The translations under genes were made by a program, and so were the position numbers. This document shows, piece by piece, positions 10,670-22,352 of a stretch of 64,000 bases of DNA (its first letter is position 1; each line of letters begins with the position of its first letter). The DNA lies in the NCBI GenBank assembly GCA_043739785.1, contig JAYUDN010000024.1, positions 3,535 through 67,534 on the forward strand, given 5' to 3'. The notes below the pieces were generated by a model. The model worked only from the letters and a program-made list of their open reading frames with translations. It ran no database searches and was not told the DNA's origin. Origin of the DNA: Candidatus Altimarinota bacterium. Its GTDB lineage: Bacteria; Patescibacteriota; Gracilibacteria; BD1-5; UBA2023.

Positions 10670-10932
10670 TATTGATCTTACTTAGCTGAATATACTCTAC
10701 CATAGACTAAAAAACACCAATTCGAACATACTACTATATCACTCGATTATTTCATCTTACTTTAATAGTTACGCTAAGATTCTATTCTTGAATCAAAAGT
10801 CAGGATTTGTAATGATAGTTTTAGTATCAATTCTTCACTACACTAGGGATTTCTTTTTTGTCTTGGAGGAAATGAATCTATATTTGTTTTTTTTGCGAAG
10901 TATTTATAATAGAGCTATATTACCAGTATCCT

Positions 10933-11472
10933 ATGGGGCGAAAGCAACTTATTCTTGTGAGACATGCGAAGGCCTTCGAACCAGATGAGTTCGAAGGAGT
11001 CGATTTCGAGAGACCGCTCACGATTCATGGTGAGCATGCGATCTTCATCATGGCCAGATACCTACGACTCATCGGGATCAAGCCGGATCAGATTATTTCG
11101 AGTCCATCAGTGCGTACCAAGGAAACGGCTGAAGTGATCGCGAAAAAGTATTTGGTCGAGTGTATCGACTGGCATGCGGATCTCTACAATGGTTTTCGGA
11201 AAGAGAAGGATGATTCTGATAAGATTCATCTCAAAGCAATCAGAACTGCCAAGCCTGAAACTAATACCCTGATGGTCGTATGACACAATAGTGATCTTAC
11301 TCAGTTCGTGACCTACCTCACGTGAGAGTGAATGCCGAGCATGAAAAAGGGGTCGGTCGTCGTCCTCTCGATTCCGGATAAGATGTCTTGGTCTGAGATT
11401 ACGGCTGGAAGCCTTGAAGTCGTCTACTACCTCACTCCACAGTTTCTTCTCCTCGAGAATCTGGTTTCCTAA
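10933..11472 (+). CDS. Histidine phosphatase family protein (SixA-like)
   Basis: Track ORF 10933..11283 reads through TGA at 11281 and two more TGA codons to TAA 11470-11472. Motifs are LVRHAKA (RH motif) and MVV-G-HNSDL (GHN motif). Confidence 0.6.
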
Positions 11473-11540
11473 CAAAGTATGTTCAGACTTCCCTTGATTG
11501 GAGAACTCGAAGTACTACCGTCGCCATATAACTAAAACAA

Positions 11541-11945
11541 ATGAAGTATATCGTATATACCGATGGAGGTTCCCGTGGGAATCCTGGAATATCTGGATGT
11601 GGGATTTATATTACCGATGCGCACAATCATCCGATCGAAAGGCGACATAAATCCCTCGGAATCGCCACCAATAATATCGCTGAATATACAGCTGCTTACC
11701 TCGGGATTACGAGGGCGATCGAACTCTGAGCGACGGAGATAGAACTAAGAGCCGATTCGAAACTCGTGATCGAGCAACTTTCTGGGAATTACAAGGTAAA
11801 AAATCCAGAACTCAAGAATATATTCCTGAAAATTGGTGATGCCGTAGCCAAGTGGGGAGGGAAGATTAAATACACTCATATCTATCGAGAGCATAATACG
11901 GAAGCCGATCGACTTTCGAATGTGGCAATGGATACCGCCAGGTAA
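11541..11945 (+). CDS. rnhA: Ribonuclease HI
   Basis: MKYIVYTDGGSRGNPGISG.., ..NNIAEYTA.., ..ADSKLVIEQL.. and ..HNTEADRLSN. The gene reads through TGA 11727-11729 and stops at TAA 11943-11945. Confidence 0.85.
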
Positions 11946-12032
11946 CTTTCTTCACCGAGTAATTTTTGTGAGCGTATCAACTATTTTTCGAATGTGAACC
12001 AACATACTCTAGCTAACAAAGAAATTTTATCG

Positions 12033-13211
12033 TTAGATTTTTCCTATGAAATCCTCTCATTTTACGAATTCTACTTCATCCTTATTGTAGATAATTCATA
12101 TCAATTCAAGAAAAGGAGAGTAAAGGAGCTCAGATGGCCCTACAATACTGTCAAACTGACTTCTCGGAATGAGAAAGACACCGATTTTTTTGAATAAATA
12201 ATCGATCAACTCACTACAAAAAAAAGAGTTTTTATTTTGAAATATATTATTCATAGAAACAATTCTTCGAAAAAAATAAATAACATTGATACTAAAATAT
12301 CAGCCTATCACGGCATACCATTGTTTGAGTTCCGAGAATCTATAAATCCTTTTCTTTTCCAGTATTTCTTGACGAAGTATCTCTATCTCATTTCTATACT
12401 GATTTAAGAGAAGCTGAGAAAGCTTTGGCCGCATAATAAAAAAGACTTCATTTTTTTTATTCTTTAAGAGTTGCGACACGATAATATGATTATTATCGGG
12501 AGTAGGATTAATATGTTCAACAGTATCTCACTCTACCCTCGAAATAACGGACGAGTGTGTAATATTACTCTGTTGAGCAATAGATATGAGTCTCGAGAGA
12601 TACGCCTCATCCAGGTATGGTTTCGTTTTATAGGAGAGGATAACATCTCCAACCTTTAAATTTTTCTTTTCAAATTCATATTCGAGAATATCCTTATGAA
12701 AGATATTTTGGATTTTGTATTCATCGCGTATGACCTGCATAGAAAGATTCGCAAAAAATATAGTATTTGATAGCTTATTTTTAGCACTCTTGATACGTTT
12801 GAGAAGATATTTTTTTCGAGCATGCTGAAACCAGTGCTGATCTGAGAAGAAATCAATTTGCATATACGTTTCTTGGTATATATGCTCGAGCTTTCTCAGA
12901 ATTTTCTGACTTTTTTTTAGACGTGCCTGTATAAAATAGAGATTTGCATACATAAAATTGATTCGAATTTTTCTTCCGATCTCAACGAGATTCATACGTT
13001 TATCAAAATTCTCTACTATGAACATGATTCCCGTGAGTAGGATGGTATTTTCTCGAAGGAGGTATGAGAATTTATCTTTATCTAAGCTTGGTACGAGCAT
13101 GATATTTCCGATTTCTTCACTAAAAATCCTCATTCTTTCTCCAATTTTCTCCATAACATTGCTATCTATAAAATTATAGATTATTTTATGCTTTATTTTA
13201 CCTTTTGACAT
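12033..13211 (-). CDS. Hypothetical protein with a C-terminal permuted papain-like (YiiX/YaeF, peptidase C92-like) domain
   Basis: Track ORF 12528..13250 continues through TGA 12528-12530 and four more TGA codons to TAA 12033-12035. I checked the frame codon by codon. ..KVGDVILSY..SRLISIAQQSNITHSSVI.. is followed about 110 aa later by ..NSFFCSELIDYLF... That His-then-Cys order is typical of the permuted NlpC/P60 clade. Confidence 0.5.
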
Positions 13212-13236
13212 AGTGTGAGTGTATTTTTTTCGAACC

Positions 13237-14070
13237 TTACTTCCCTTCAAGGAGATTTATTTTTTGAGAATTCAGGTCCTGATCGTGATGACTGAGGAGA
13301 AAGTAAGGTGCTTCTGCTACGGGAAGACCTGCCAAGATCCGATAGAGAATGTTTCCTCAGAGACTCGCAACGGCAAATGATCCTGGAGCAATCTGTGAGG
13401 CCGGACAAGGAGTCCCATCTTCCATGATGGTAAGTGCCTGACTGATCGCATAGAGGACTTCTGGATTGAGGTGCGGAGCGAGCTTCGTTACGACATCTGT
13501 ATATGCTTGAGTGTAGTCGATAGCCTCTACGGAACCGGAGAGCGGAAGTCAGAATACCTTCCGGAAACTATATGCTGAGTCACTCGGAAAGTAGATCAGT
13601 CCTCCATCGAATCCGATATTGAGGGCGGTTATTCTCGGTTTTCTTGCCTTCTCACACGCATCATGGAGGGCAACGATCGCTACAAGATCGACAAAATCAA
13701 CGGTATCGAAAATAAAATCTGCTCGTTCTACGATACTTGGTATAGTTTTTTCGGTCAAAAAATCTGGAATTATTTCGATTTCAGCTTCTGGATTGATATC
13801 AAGAATTCGTTTTGAAAGGGATATCGCTTTATTGATCCCTATGTCGCTCTGGATATAAAACTGACGATTCAGATTACTCAGGCTTACCGTATCTCCGTCA
13901 GCCAGGATAAATCGAGTGCATCCCATACGAGCCGCGAGACAAGCAAATGAGCTTCCCATTCCACAACCTGCGATGAGTATTCGTAAATCGTGAATTTTTT
14001 GTTGAATATCGGGTGCGATGTAGTTTCGATTTCGAGCCGTAAGGCCTTCGTAGTGAGGAGTGGATTTCAT
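13237..14070 (-). CDS. ThiF/MoeB/E1-like adenylyltransferase family protein
   Basis: Track ORF 13549..14193 reads through TGA 13549-13551 to TAA 13237-13239. ..LRILIAGCGMGSSFACLAARMG..ILADGDTVSLSNLNRQ.. is the ThiF Rossmann signature. ATG 14070 gives a canonical N terminus. The gene ends 25 nt upstream of the 12033..13211 gene on the same strand. Confidence 0.75.
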
Positions 14071-14542
14071 AGAGGATAGTGAAGAAATATTCAGACATTC
14101 GAGAGCTTCGAAGGTATGAAGAAATAGGTAAATCGAACTTTCCGCGGAGTCTTGTTTTATGGTACCACATCCTCTCCACGAATGCAAATACACTCTATCA
14201 AACAGTATTTTTTGTATTCTGCGAGCGAAAATATCATAGGTGCTTACTCCTGTTTTCTCGCCTCTGTGCCCTTACAAGGGAATAGTATTCTACTGTGCTT
14301 TTGATAACTTTGACTTTCGTATGGGAACGGCTACCATACTTCGGAGAGCGTACATCGCGCTTTCGTTATAAGTCTTGTGGTTTGTGAAAACCCTCGAACT
14401 TATCTTTATTCCCTAATTTTTTTATTATGACGGAACGAAGAGAAGATGAACGTCGAGAAGATCGCCGAGAGCGAACAGAAGAAGAGCAAAGTGTTTAGCA
14501 CTCCTCGTAATTTCTCGAAAGAGATCTTCCTATTCTCGTAGA

Positions 14543-14580
14543 AAACTCCTCTCAAATGAGAGGAGTTTTCTTTTTTTTGG
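14543..14580 (+). terminator. Rho-independent terminator
   Basis: Perfect 12-bp stem AAAACTCCTCTC / GAGAGGAGTTTT with loop AAAT, followed by CTTTTTTTTT. Confidence 0.7.
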
Positions 14581-14789
14581 AGGTATAGTTTCAGTAACGA
14601 GAAGTGAAGTGATCTTCATATTCTACTGAGATACAGATATCCTTGAGGCAGTGTTCCTATTTTTTAATCTTTTCATAGGCTTTTAGAGAAATATGAGCTA
14701 CGATTGAGATGAAAGTATTCACTTCTATGGAAATCAAAAAAACAAAAGATATCTCGTAAAAAACGGAAGTGTTTTTCGCGAAAAATTCT

Positions 14790-14817
14790 TTGATTTTTGC
14801 CTACTTCTTCATATAAT
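14790..14817 (+). promoter_or_regulatory. Putative promoter TTGATT-16-TATAAT for atpD-atpC
   Basis: TTGATT at 14790-14795 and TATAAT at 14812-14817, 22 nt upstream of ATG 14840. Confidence 0.45.
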
Positions 14818-14839
14818 CCGGTCGTTCTAATTTTTTCAT

Positions 14840-16243
<1,404 letters not shown>

Positions 16244-16276
16244 AAAATAGATTTTGTAATTCGTTACTAGACTCGT

Positions 16277-16735
16277 ATGCAACTCAATATTATCTCCCAG
16301 ACGGGCATCGTTCTCGAACTTCCATCATTCACTTCGGTGAGCCTGATGACGGAGTCTGGGATGGTGACAATTCTCCCTCATCACGAGCCACTCCTCTCTG
16401 CCCTTAAGCCGGGGATTATGAATGTAGAATATGAGGAAGGTGCAAAATCTCATGCCAAGGCCTACGTCACGAGTGGTGGCGTTCTCAATGTCAGTACCAA
16501 CGAAGTGACGATTATCTCTGATATGGTCGATGCAGATGATGATCTCTCGGATATGGAGTATATCAAGTCCCAAAAAGAAGAATCTCAGCGTCTTGTGGAT
16601 ATGTATAAAGCGGAAAATAGTGAAACCATCGACCCAGAACGACTCATCGCGATCGAGAAAGATCTGATGCGTTATAGCCTCATGCACGAACTCGGGAAAA
16701 AATATCGTGAATCAGGCTCTGGAAGCAGAGGATAG
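16277..16735 (+). CDS. atpC: F0F1 ATP synthase subunit epsilon
   Basis: A 152-aa ORF directly after atpD. The N-terminal beta-sandwich-like sequence ..ILPHHEPLLSALKPG.. fits epsilon. Confidence 0.8.
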   Translation: MQLNIISQTGIVLELPSFTSVSLMTESGMVTILPHHEPLLSALKPGIMNVEYEEGAKSHAKAYVTSGGVLNVSTNEVTIISDMVDADDDLSDMEYIKSQKEESQRLVDMYKAENSETIDPERLIAIEKDLMRYSLMHELGKKYRESGSGSRG

Positions 16736-16752
16736 TATGAAATGAATATATT

Positions 16753-16780
16753 AAAACCAGTCAAAGAGACTGGTTTTTTT
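16753..16780 (+). terminator. Rho-independent terminator after atpC
   Basis: Stem AAACCAGTC / GACTGGTTT with a short AAAGA loop, followed by TTTTT. Confidence 0.6.
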
Positions 16781-16852
16781 AGTTTGGGTTTAACTATAGG
16801 AAGTGGTGTTCTGATAAATGACTTTCAGGAAGGATAAACTGAAAATTTTCAG

Positions 16853-18340
16853 CTAGTTTACTTGCTCAATATTTTCTACGAGAAGCGCATTCCCATCTGA
16901 AATAATGGTCATAGTATATTCTCAATAATCTCGAGTCAATCATTTGGGAACACCTGCAGTAGCAACTCATCCAGTCTCATAGAGGAGTGACGTAATCAGA
17001 TGATCTTCATCTATTCCACTATCTCATGTAGTTCATGTGAACTTCATCTGATCCAGAGGGACTCTTGGGTTTGGATATGTCATGTTACTTTGGTGGATAA
17101 TCTTCATAATCTCACCATCATGTTTTCATTCTATATAATCTCAGTCGACTATAACCCGTACCCTTTCACCACTCGAATCTGTGATGCCCCGGATAAGCAT
17201 TCTTTTTGCTCTCTCATTTTGTGCGAGTGAAAAATTAGCTTGAAAGAAAGGAGAGTATTGACGTACTTGGTATATGCGAGGATTTCTTTGTTTATCAAAT
17301 CCGAATTCCATATGAAAAGAGTAATCTTTTCAAAAAATATTCTTCTCTCTTACTTTTTTATAGAGCTGGATTATTTGATCCAGTCATCTCGCTTTATATC
17401 ACTCAGAGAATGCTCCATTTTTTGATATAGAAGATACTTCTCATGTATTGGTATCTATAACTATAGTTTCGGCGTAATTTCCCAAAGGTAAGTCATATCA
17501 TTGTTTTCTTAGTTTCTCACTTTCGTCAGAGGGAATCGAGTAACTTATGATAAAAACTCAAGGTTTATGAGGACTTTCAAATACTCATCCTGTTGGAAGT
17601 CAAGAGGGTAAATCCTTAGGCTGGATGTAGACTCCTGTTTCTTTTGGTGGACGTATGTTTCTATGTTCTTTATGTCCTGCCGAGTTAAGGATTTTCTGCC
17701 TCATAGAAGAGACTATCCTTACATGCTGGGGTTGTCAGTTCCCGAGCATCTTCAAGATTTCATTTTCATAGTCGACAGATCTATCTCATGATTTGAGTTT
17801 ACCAAGAATTTCTCTATATATATCATCCGCGGTAGGTTCATCAGTGTACTCTATCTCGTTATCCGCACCCATCTTCATACGTGGATGTGAAGATGGATAA
17901 TAGTATTCCCATTCATTTCTCGGTTTATTGCTACCCCAAACCCACTTTGGTTCTTCATTGTTTTTTTGAAAGTAGGCAAGTGCTCGATATATCTGATGAA
18001 GTTCTTGCTCACGCCAATCAAGATCATAGTAATTTTTATCAGGTATCTTATCTGTTGAGTCAAGGGTAGGAAGTATGCCGATATAACCACGATGATCATC
18101 TGGATGGCTAGAACGGTAGAGAAGTGGCATATCTGTCCATCAATTAGGAAGATCAGGGAGTGTATCTCTCTGTAGTTGTTCACTTGATATGTAATATCAA
18201 TCATGTATATAGGGGGCAAGATCGGGAAAAGTCCTCAGGAACTCAAGAATCCCCCCCTTCGATCCGAGTCGTTCAGTAAATTCTTTTATCCTGGGAGCGA
18301 GAGCGTCTCGGTGGTGTTCTCAGAAATGAAGGATTGCCAT
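16853..18340 (-). CDS. Hypothetical protein (495 aa, 20 in-frame TGA)
   Basis: One frame is open from ATG 18338-18340 to TAG 16853-16855. The track shows only the fragment 17786..18130. The product looks like an ordinary soluble protein, and I recognise no family. Confidence 0.7.
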
Positions 18341-18540
18341 ATTTTAGAAATTATTTATCCCTTCAGAGTATCGAGAGGTGTGGATATGTCAAACTTATTT
18401 TATAAAAATATGAATAGTCAATTCTCTATATGAGATTCATTCTCATTTATCTTGCTTTTTTCCGAATCATTCATAAACTCAATGAGTCCAAAACAGAATG
18501 TAATACATTCAAATCTTTCAAAAATCTAACCCCCCTCACT

Positions 18541-19680
18541 ATGGCTGAAGATATCTACCAGAAATCCCTCGAACTTCATAAGAAGTATCATGGAAAACTT
18601 CGCATGGAGGCAATCGTTCATATAGAAAACCGCGATGATCTCTCATGGGCGTATTCTCCAGGAGTTGCGGAACCCTGCCGTGAGATTGCGAAGGACCCTG
18701 CGAAGCTCTATGACTACACACTGAAATCTCGCACGGTGGCGGTTATCTCAGATGGTTCAGCTATCCTCGGACTCGGAAACCTCGGTCATAAGGCGAGTAT
18801 GCCCGTGATGGAAGGAAAGTGCGTCCTCTTCAAGGAGTTTGCGTGAGTTGATGCTTTTCCGATTATCATCGGGACGCAAGATGTGGAGGAGTTTATCACG
18901 ACGGTCAAAAATATTGCCGATGGATTCTGAGGGATCAATCTCGAGGATATCTCGGCTCCACGATGTTTCGAGATCGAAGACAGACTCAAGGCCGAACTCG
19001 ATATCCCAGTGATGCATGATGATCAGCACGGTACGGCCATCGTCGTCCTCGCTGGACTCATCAATGCGCTCAAGGTAACCAGTAAAAAGAAAGAAGATAT
19101 CAGGGTCGTTCTCAACGGAGCTGGTGCTGCAGGGGTCGCTATATGCAAACTTTTGCATCTCTATGGGGTTCAACACTTTATCGCTTGTGATAGCAAGGGA
19201 ATCATCTATAAGGGACGAGAAAATCTCGATATTTCGAAACAGAAACTCCTCGAATTCACGAATCTCGATTGAAAGACTGGGGCCCTCTCAGATGCTATCG
19301 CAGGCGCTGATGTTTTCATCGGGGTTTCCGTTGCCTGAGCTCTTACGGAAGAAATGGCTCGTACGATGGCTCCTGACGCGATCGTATTTGCTATGGCGAA
19401 CCCTACTCCAGAAATTATGCCAGATGTCGCAAAAAGAGCCGGAATTCGCATTATCGGAACCGGTCGAAGCGACTATCCGAATCAGGTCAATAACTCACTC
19501 GTATTCCCTGGGATATTTAAGGGAGTGCTCAAGTATGGGAAGAAGAAAATCACTGATGAGATGAAAATCCGCGCGGCCGAAGCCCTCGCGAGCTATGTCA
19601 AAAATCCATCAGAAGATATGGTTATTCCCGGACCATTTGATCCAGGGATAGCGGATATAGTAGCTGAGGCAATGAAATAA
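18541..19680 (+). CDS. NAD(P)-dependent malic enzyme (short form)
   Basis: Frame-1 pieces 18430..18846, 19009..19272 and 19354..19680 join across TGA codons. ..AYSPGVA.., ..ISDGSAILGLGNLG.., FKEFA-G-VDAFPI, ..HDDQHGTAIV.. and ..NGAGAAG.. are malic enzyme motifs. ATG is at 18541. Confidence 0.9.
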
Positions 19681-19682
19681 TA

Positions 19683-20486
19683 TTATTTATTAACTAATTT
19701 TCTCATAGGGAATTTAGAACCTAAAATTTCACATCGAAAAATAGGAGTACCTTCAGAGTTTCTACATATATACTGGGCACGTAAATTGTTCCTTTCAATC
19801 TCAATTACAGTTCAAGTGATGCTGATTGTGTTTCATGCCTGAAATCAATTTGAGTTTAGTCTTAGGGACGCAGATCATCAATAAAGCATTGTGTAGGAAA
19901 CATTTCTTTTACCGTAGGCATTAGCTATCATTTGAGCGCAACTTTCTTCCACTATTGAATCAGGTATTCACTCAGGACATATAGTAATGAATTCTTGAGG
20001 GATATCCCAATATCACCAGAAAGTGTCACCAATATTTATAGATGAATGATCTTCATGAAATCAAGAATTTGTCACAAATTGGAACTGTTTTCAATGCGGT
20101 AAAGAGTGTGAATTTTGTTGGTTTACTATACCCTGAACAGTAGAGGCAATCTCTTGGTGGATATGTCCAAAATAAGAAATATCGGTACTTGATATAACTT
20201 TTTTCCCACCCATTAGTAGGAAAATGGTATCCTCATCAGTTTGGAATTCCAGGTCAGCATCTGCAGGGACCTTTCAGAGAAATACTACATCTTTTCCGAA
20301 AAAATTTGTTCTATTTCCGAAAAGTAAAAGAAGTTCTTTCAAAAATACTCAGGGCACTATTCAAAAGTGAAGCTTCATTATGTCACTATCAGACCTTACT
20401 CTTGCTGTTTTTTTGGTCCAGTTAATCTCGAATATGTCTTCTAAGAAAATATTCGCCTGTTCAGTCGAAGATTGAGTATTCACCAT
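19683..20486 (-). CDS. Hypothetical protein (267 aa, 12 in-frame TGA)
   Basis: The frame is open from ATG 20484-20486 to TAA 19683-19685, checked line by line. The gene converges on the malic enzyme gene with a 2-nt gap and is absent from the track. Confidence 0.55.
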
Positions 20487-20576
20487 ATTGAAAATTACTA
20501 ATGATGAACAGTATATTTTTTTTATATATTTTGCAACAAATTATAAAAAAATCTACTTTCCAAATCGTACCATATA

Positions 20577-21500
20577 TTATTTTTTCTTTGGTTCATTTTC
20601 TATTCGGAGGATTTCGAGGATTCCGAGGATACAGATCATGATAAACCCATAGCGGTAACCGTGGTGGGATACCATAAAGTCGGTGATTCTTCCTCAGAAA
20701 TTCACTATGAGAATGAGGAGCATAAAAATAGTGACCATGAGGTATTTTCCATTTGATTTCGCCCAATCAGCAAATGCGGAGTGATTAGGAGTTAGGTATT
20801 TGGTCTGGAGAATAGCGAAGCCACTTACGACGGCAATCAGGAGCATCGTAAATATACTGGATTCCGGGATACCATAGACCATATCAGTGGTGATAACTTT
20901 TCCGAGTCATTTTTCGAGCATCTCAAGGGCTGTAAAGAGGATAACAAAGAGTCCCACCCATTGAATGGATGGATACTTTTCGAGGAGTTTGGCGATATAG
21001 TTTGAAGCCACTACCATCAGGAGAATGGAGACAATCAAACCAATCATCAGGTTCACGATGTTTCCATGACTCGCTCCAGCAACCGCGAGTACATTATCGA
21101 GGGACATTGCCACATCGGCGATGATAATCGTCTGGATGGCTGCACGAAAGGTAGTGGCATTACTTCATTCAGCATGCTCACTATGCTCACTTCCTCGAAT
21201 CTCACGATAGAACTTCCAGACGACGTAGAGAAGGAGTATAGCTCCGAGGAATTCGAGTCCAGGAATTTTGAGAAGAAAAACAACTCCGAGCGAAAAAATA
21301 ATTCGTAGAATAGTGGCTCATGCAACTCACCAGAGAATAGCCTTCTTTCGAATGGCGATCGGGAGTTTTTGGGTCGCCATACCTATAAGGATAGCATTGT
21401 CTCCACTCATGACGAGGTCGATGAGGATAATATTGAGCAGAGCGAAGGCGCCAGCAGTGGTAAAAAGATGAAGAAAATCAGAAGAGAGGGAATCGAACAT
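20577..21500 (-). CDS. TerC family integral membrane protein
   Basis: Track fragments 21327..21680, 20907..21113 and 20694..20882 share one frame and join across TGA codons. ..IDLVMSGDNAILIG.. and ..DVAMSLDNVLAVAG.. are the duplicated TerC motifs. ATG is at 21500 and TAA at 20577-20579. Confidence 0.8.
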
Positions 21501-21656
21501 GGAGAATATGTTATGAGGTATAAAATGCTTATTTTGATATATAACCCTTTTGGCGTGATGTATTGTACCAAAAGGACGAAAAATGCAATAATTTTGACAC
21601 GAAGGGGGAAAGTATGGTATTATAATACGGAAATAAATGGATAACTCATAATTATT

Positions 21657-22343
21657 ATGAATCGTCGACCTGAAAATCAAGAAAACCGTAGCGTTATTCC
21701 GGAGTTTGACTGAAAAAAAGCTTCTGATCTTTTTGATTTTTCGTGATCAACTATGGATTCACTTGACTCGGATACAAAGAAGAATAATTCACCAAATATC
21801 CAAAAAGAAGAAGAAGGACTTGCTGTCATCAAACCTGAACTTCGAAAACTCTCCAACATGCGAGATGCGCAAGGGAAGATGACACCAGAGAGTATTGATC
21901 ATGCATTTTTTGCGTATTCGAGTCAGGAAATGGGTAAAATTTCCGATGGAAACCCTGAGAAAAAAGCTCTTGAAAGTGCTCGACGAGACCTGCTTATCGA
22001 AATGCAAGGCATCAAAGATCCCCGAGAAAAGCTCAAAGCTATAAGTGCTTTGACGAAAGAAGTAGTTTCATTAACTGGTACAGTGTCTGGAGCTTCAGAC
22101 AAGGGGAATAAAGATATGAGGCAAATGAATGATTCTCAAAATCAGCAAGGTGACCTCTATGATCGAATGAAGACATTCAAGGATATGCTTCAGAAAAGTG
22201 AAGAGCAAAGAAAATTAAAAACTCAAATCCAACTCGGTACAGCTCGTGGGAACTGAGATAAATCAATGTGAATACTCAATCCTATTCAAAATAAATCATC
22301 TTCAAATGCCTTGGAAGAAGGTTTGCGTGTGACTTTCCCTTAA
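21657..22343 (+). CDS. Hypothetical charged protein (228 aa)
   Basis: Track ORF 21753..22256 extends upstream across two TGA codons to ATG 21657, and downstream across TGA 22254 to TAA 22341-22343. Confidence 0.5.
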
Positions 22344-22352
22344 GGTTTTGAT

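Noticed and set aside
10483-10689. 68-aa plus-strand ORF after atpG
   Set aside because: It starts at GTG and has no recognisable family. Its C-terminal ..TGFFVPQNDE.. is simply the translation of the hairpin repeat at 10640-10669.
20510-20536. Promoter TTGCAA-15-TATACT for the 19683..20486 gene
   Set aside because: The 15-nt spacer is short and the region is extremely AT-rich, so hexamer matches are expected by chance.
21501-21656. yybP-ykoY (Mn2+) riboswitch upstream of the TerC-family gene
   Set aside because: I looked for the conserved GGGGAGUAG and GAGACA-type cores in the 156-nt leader and did not see them.
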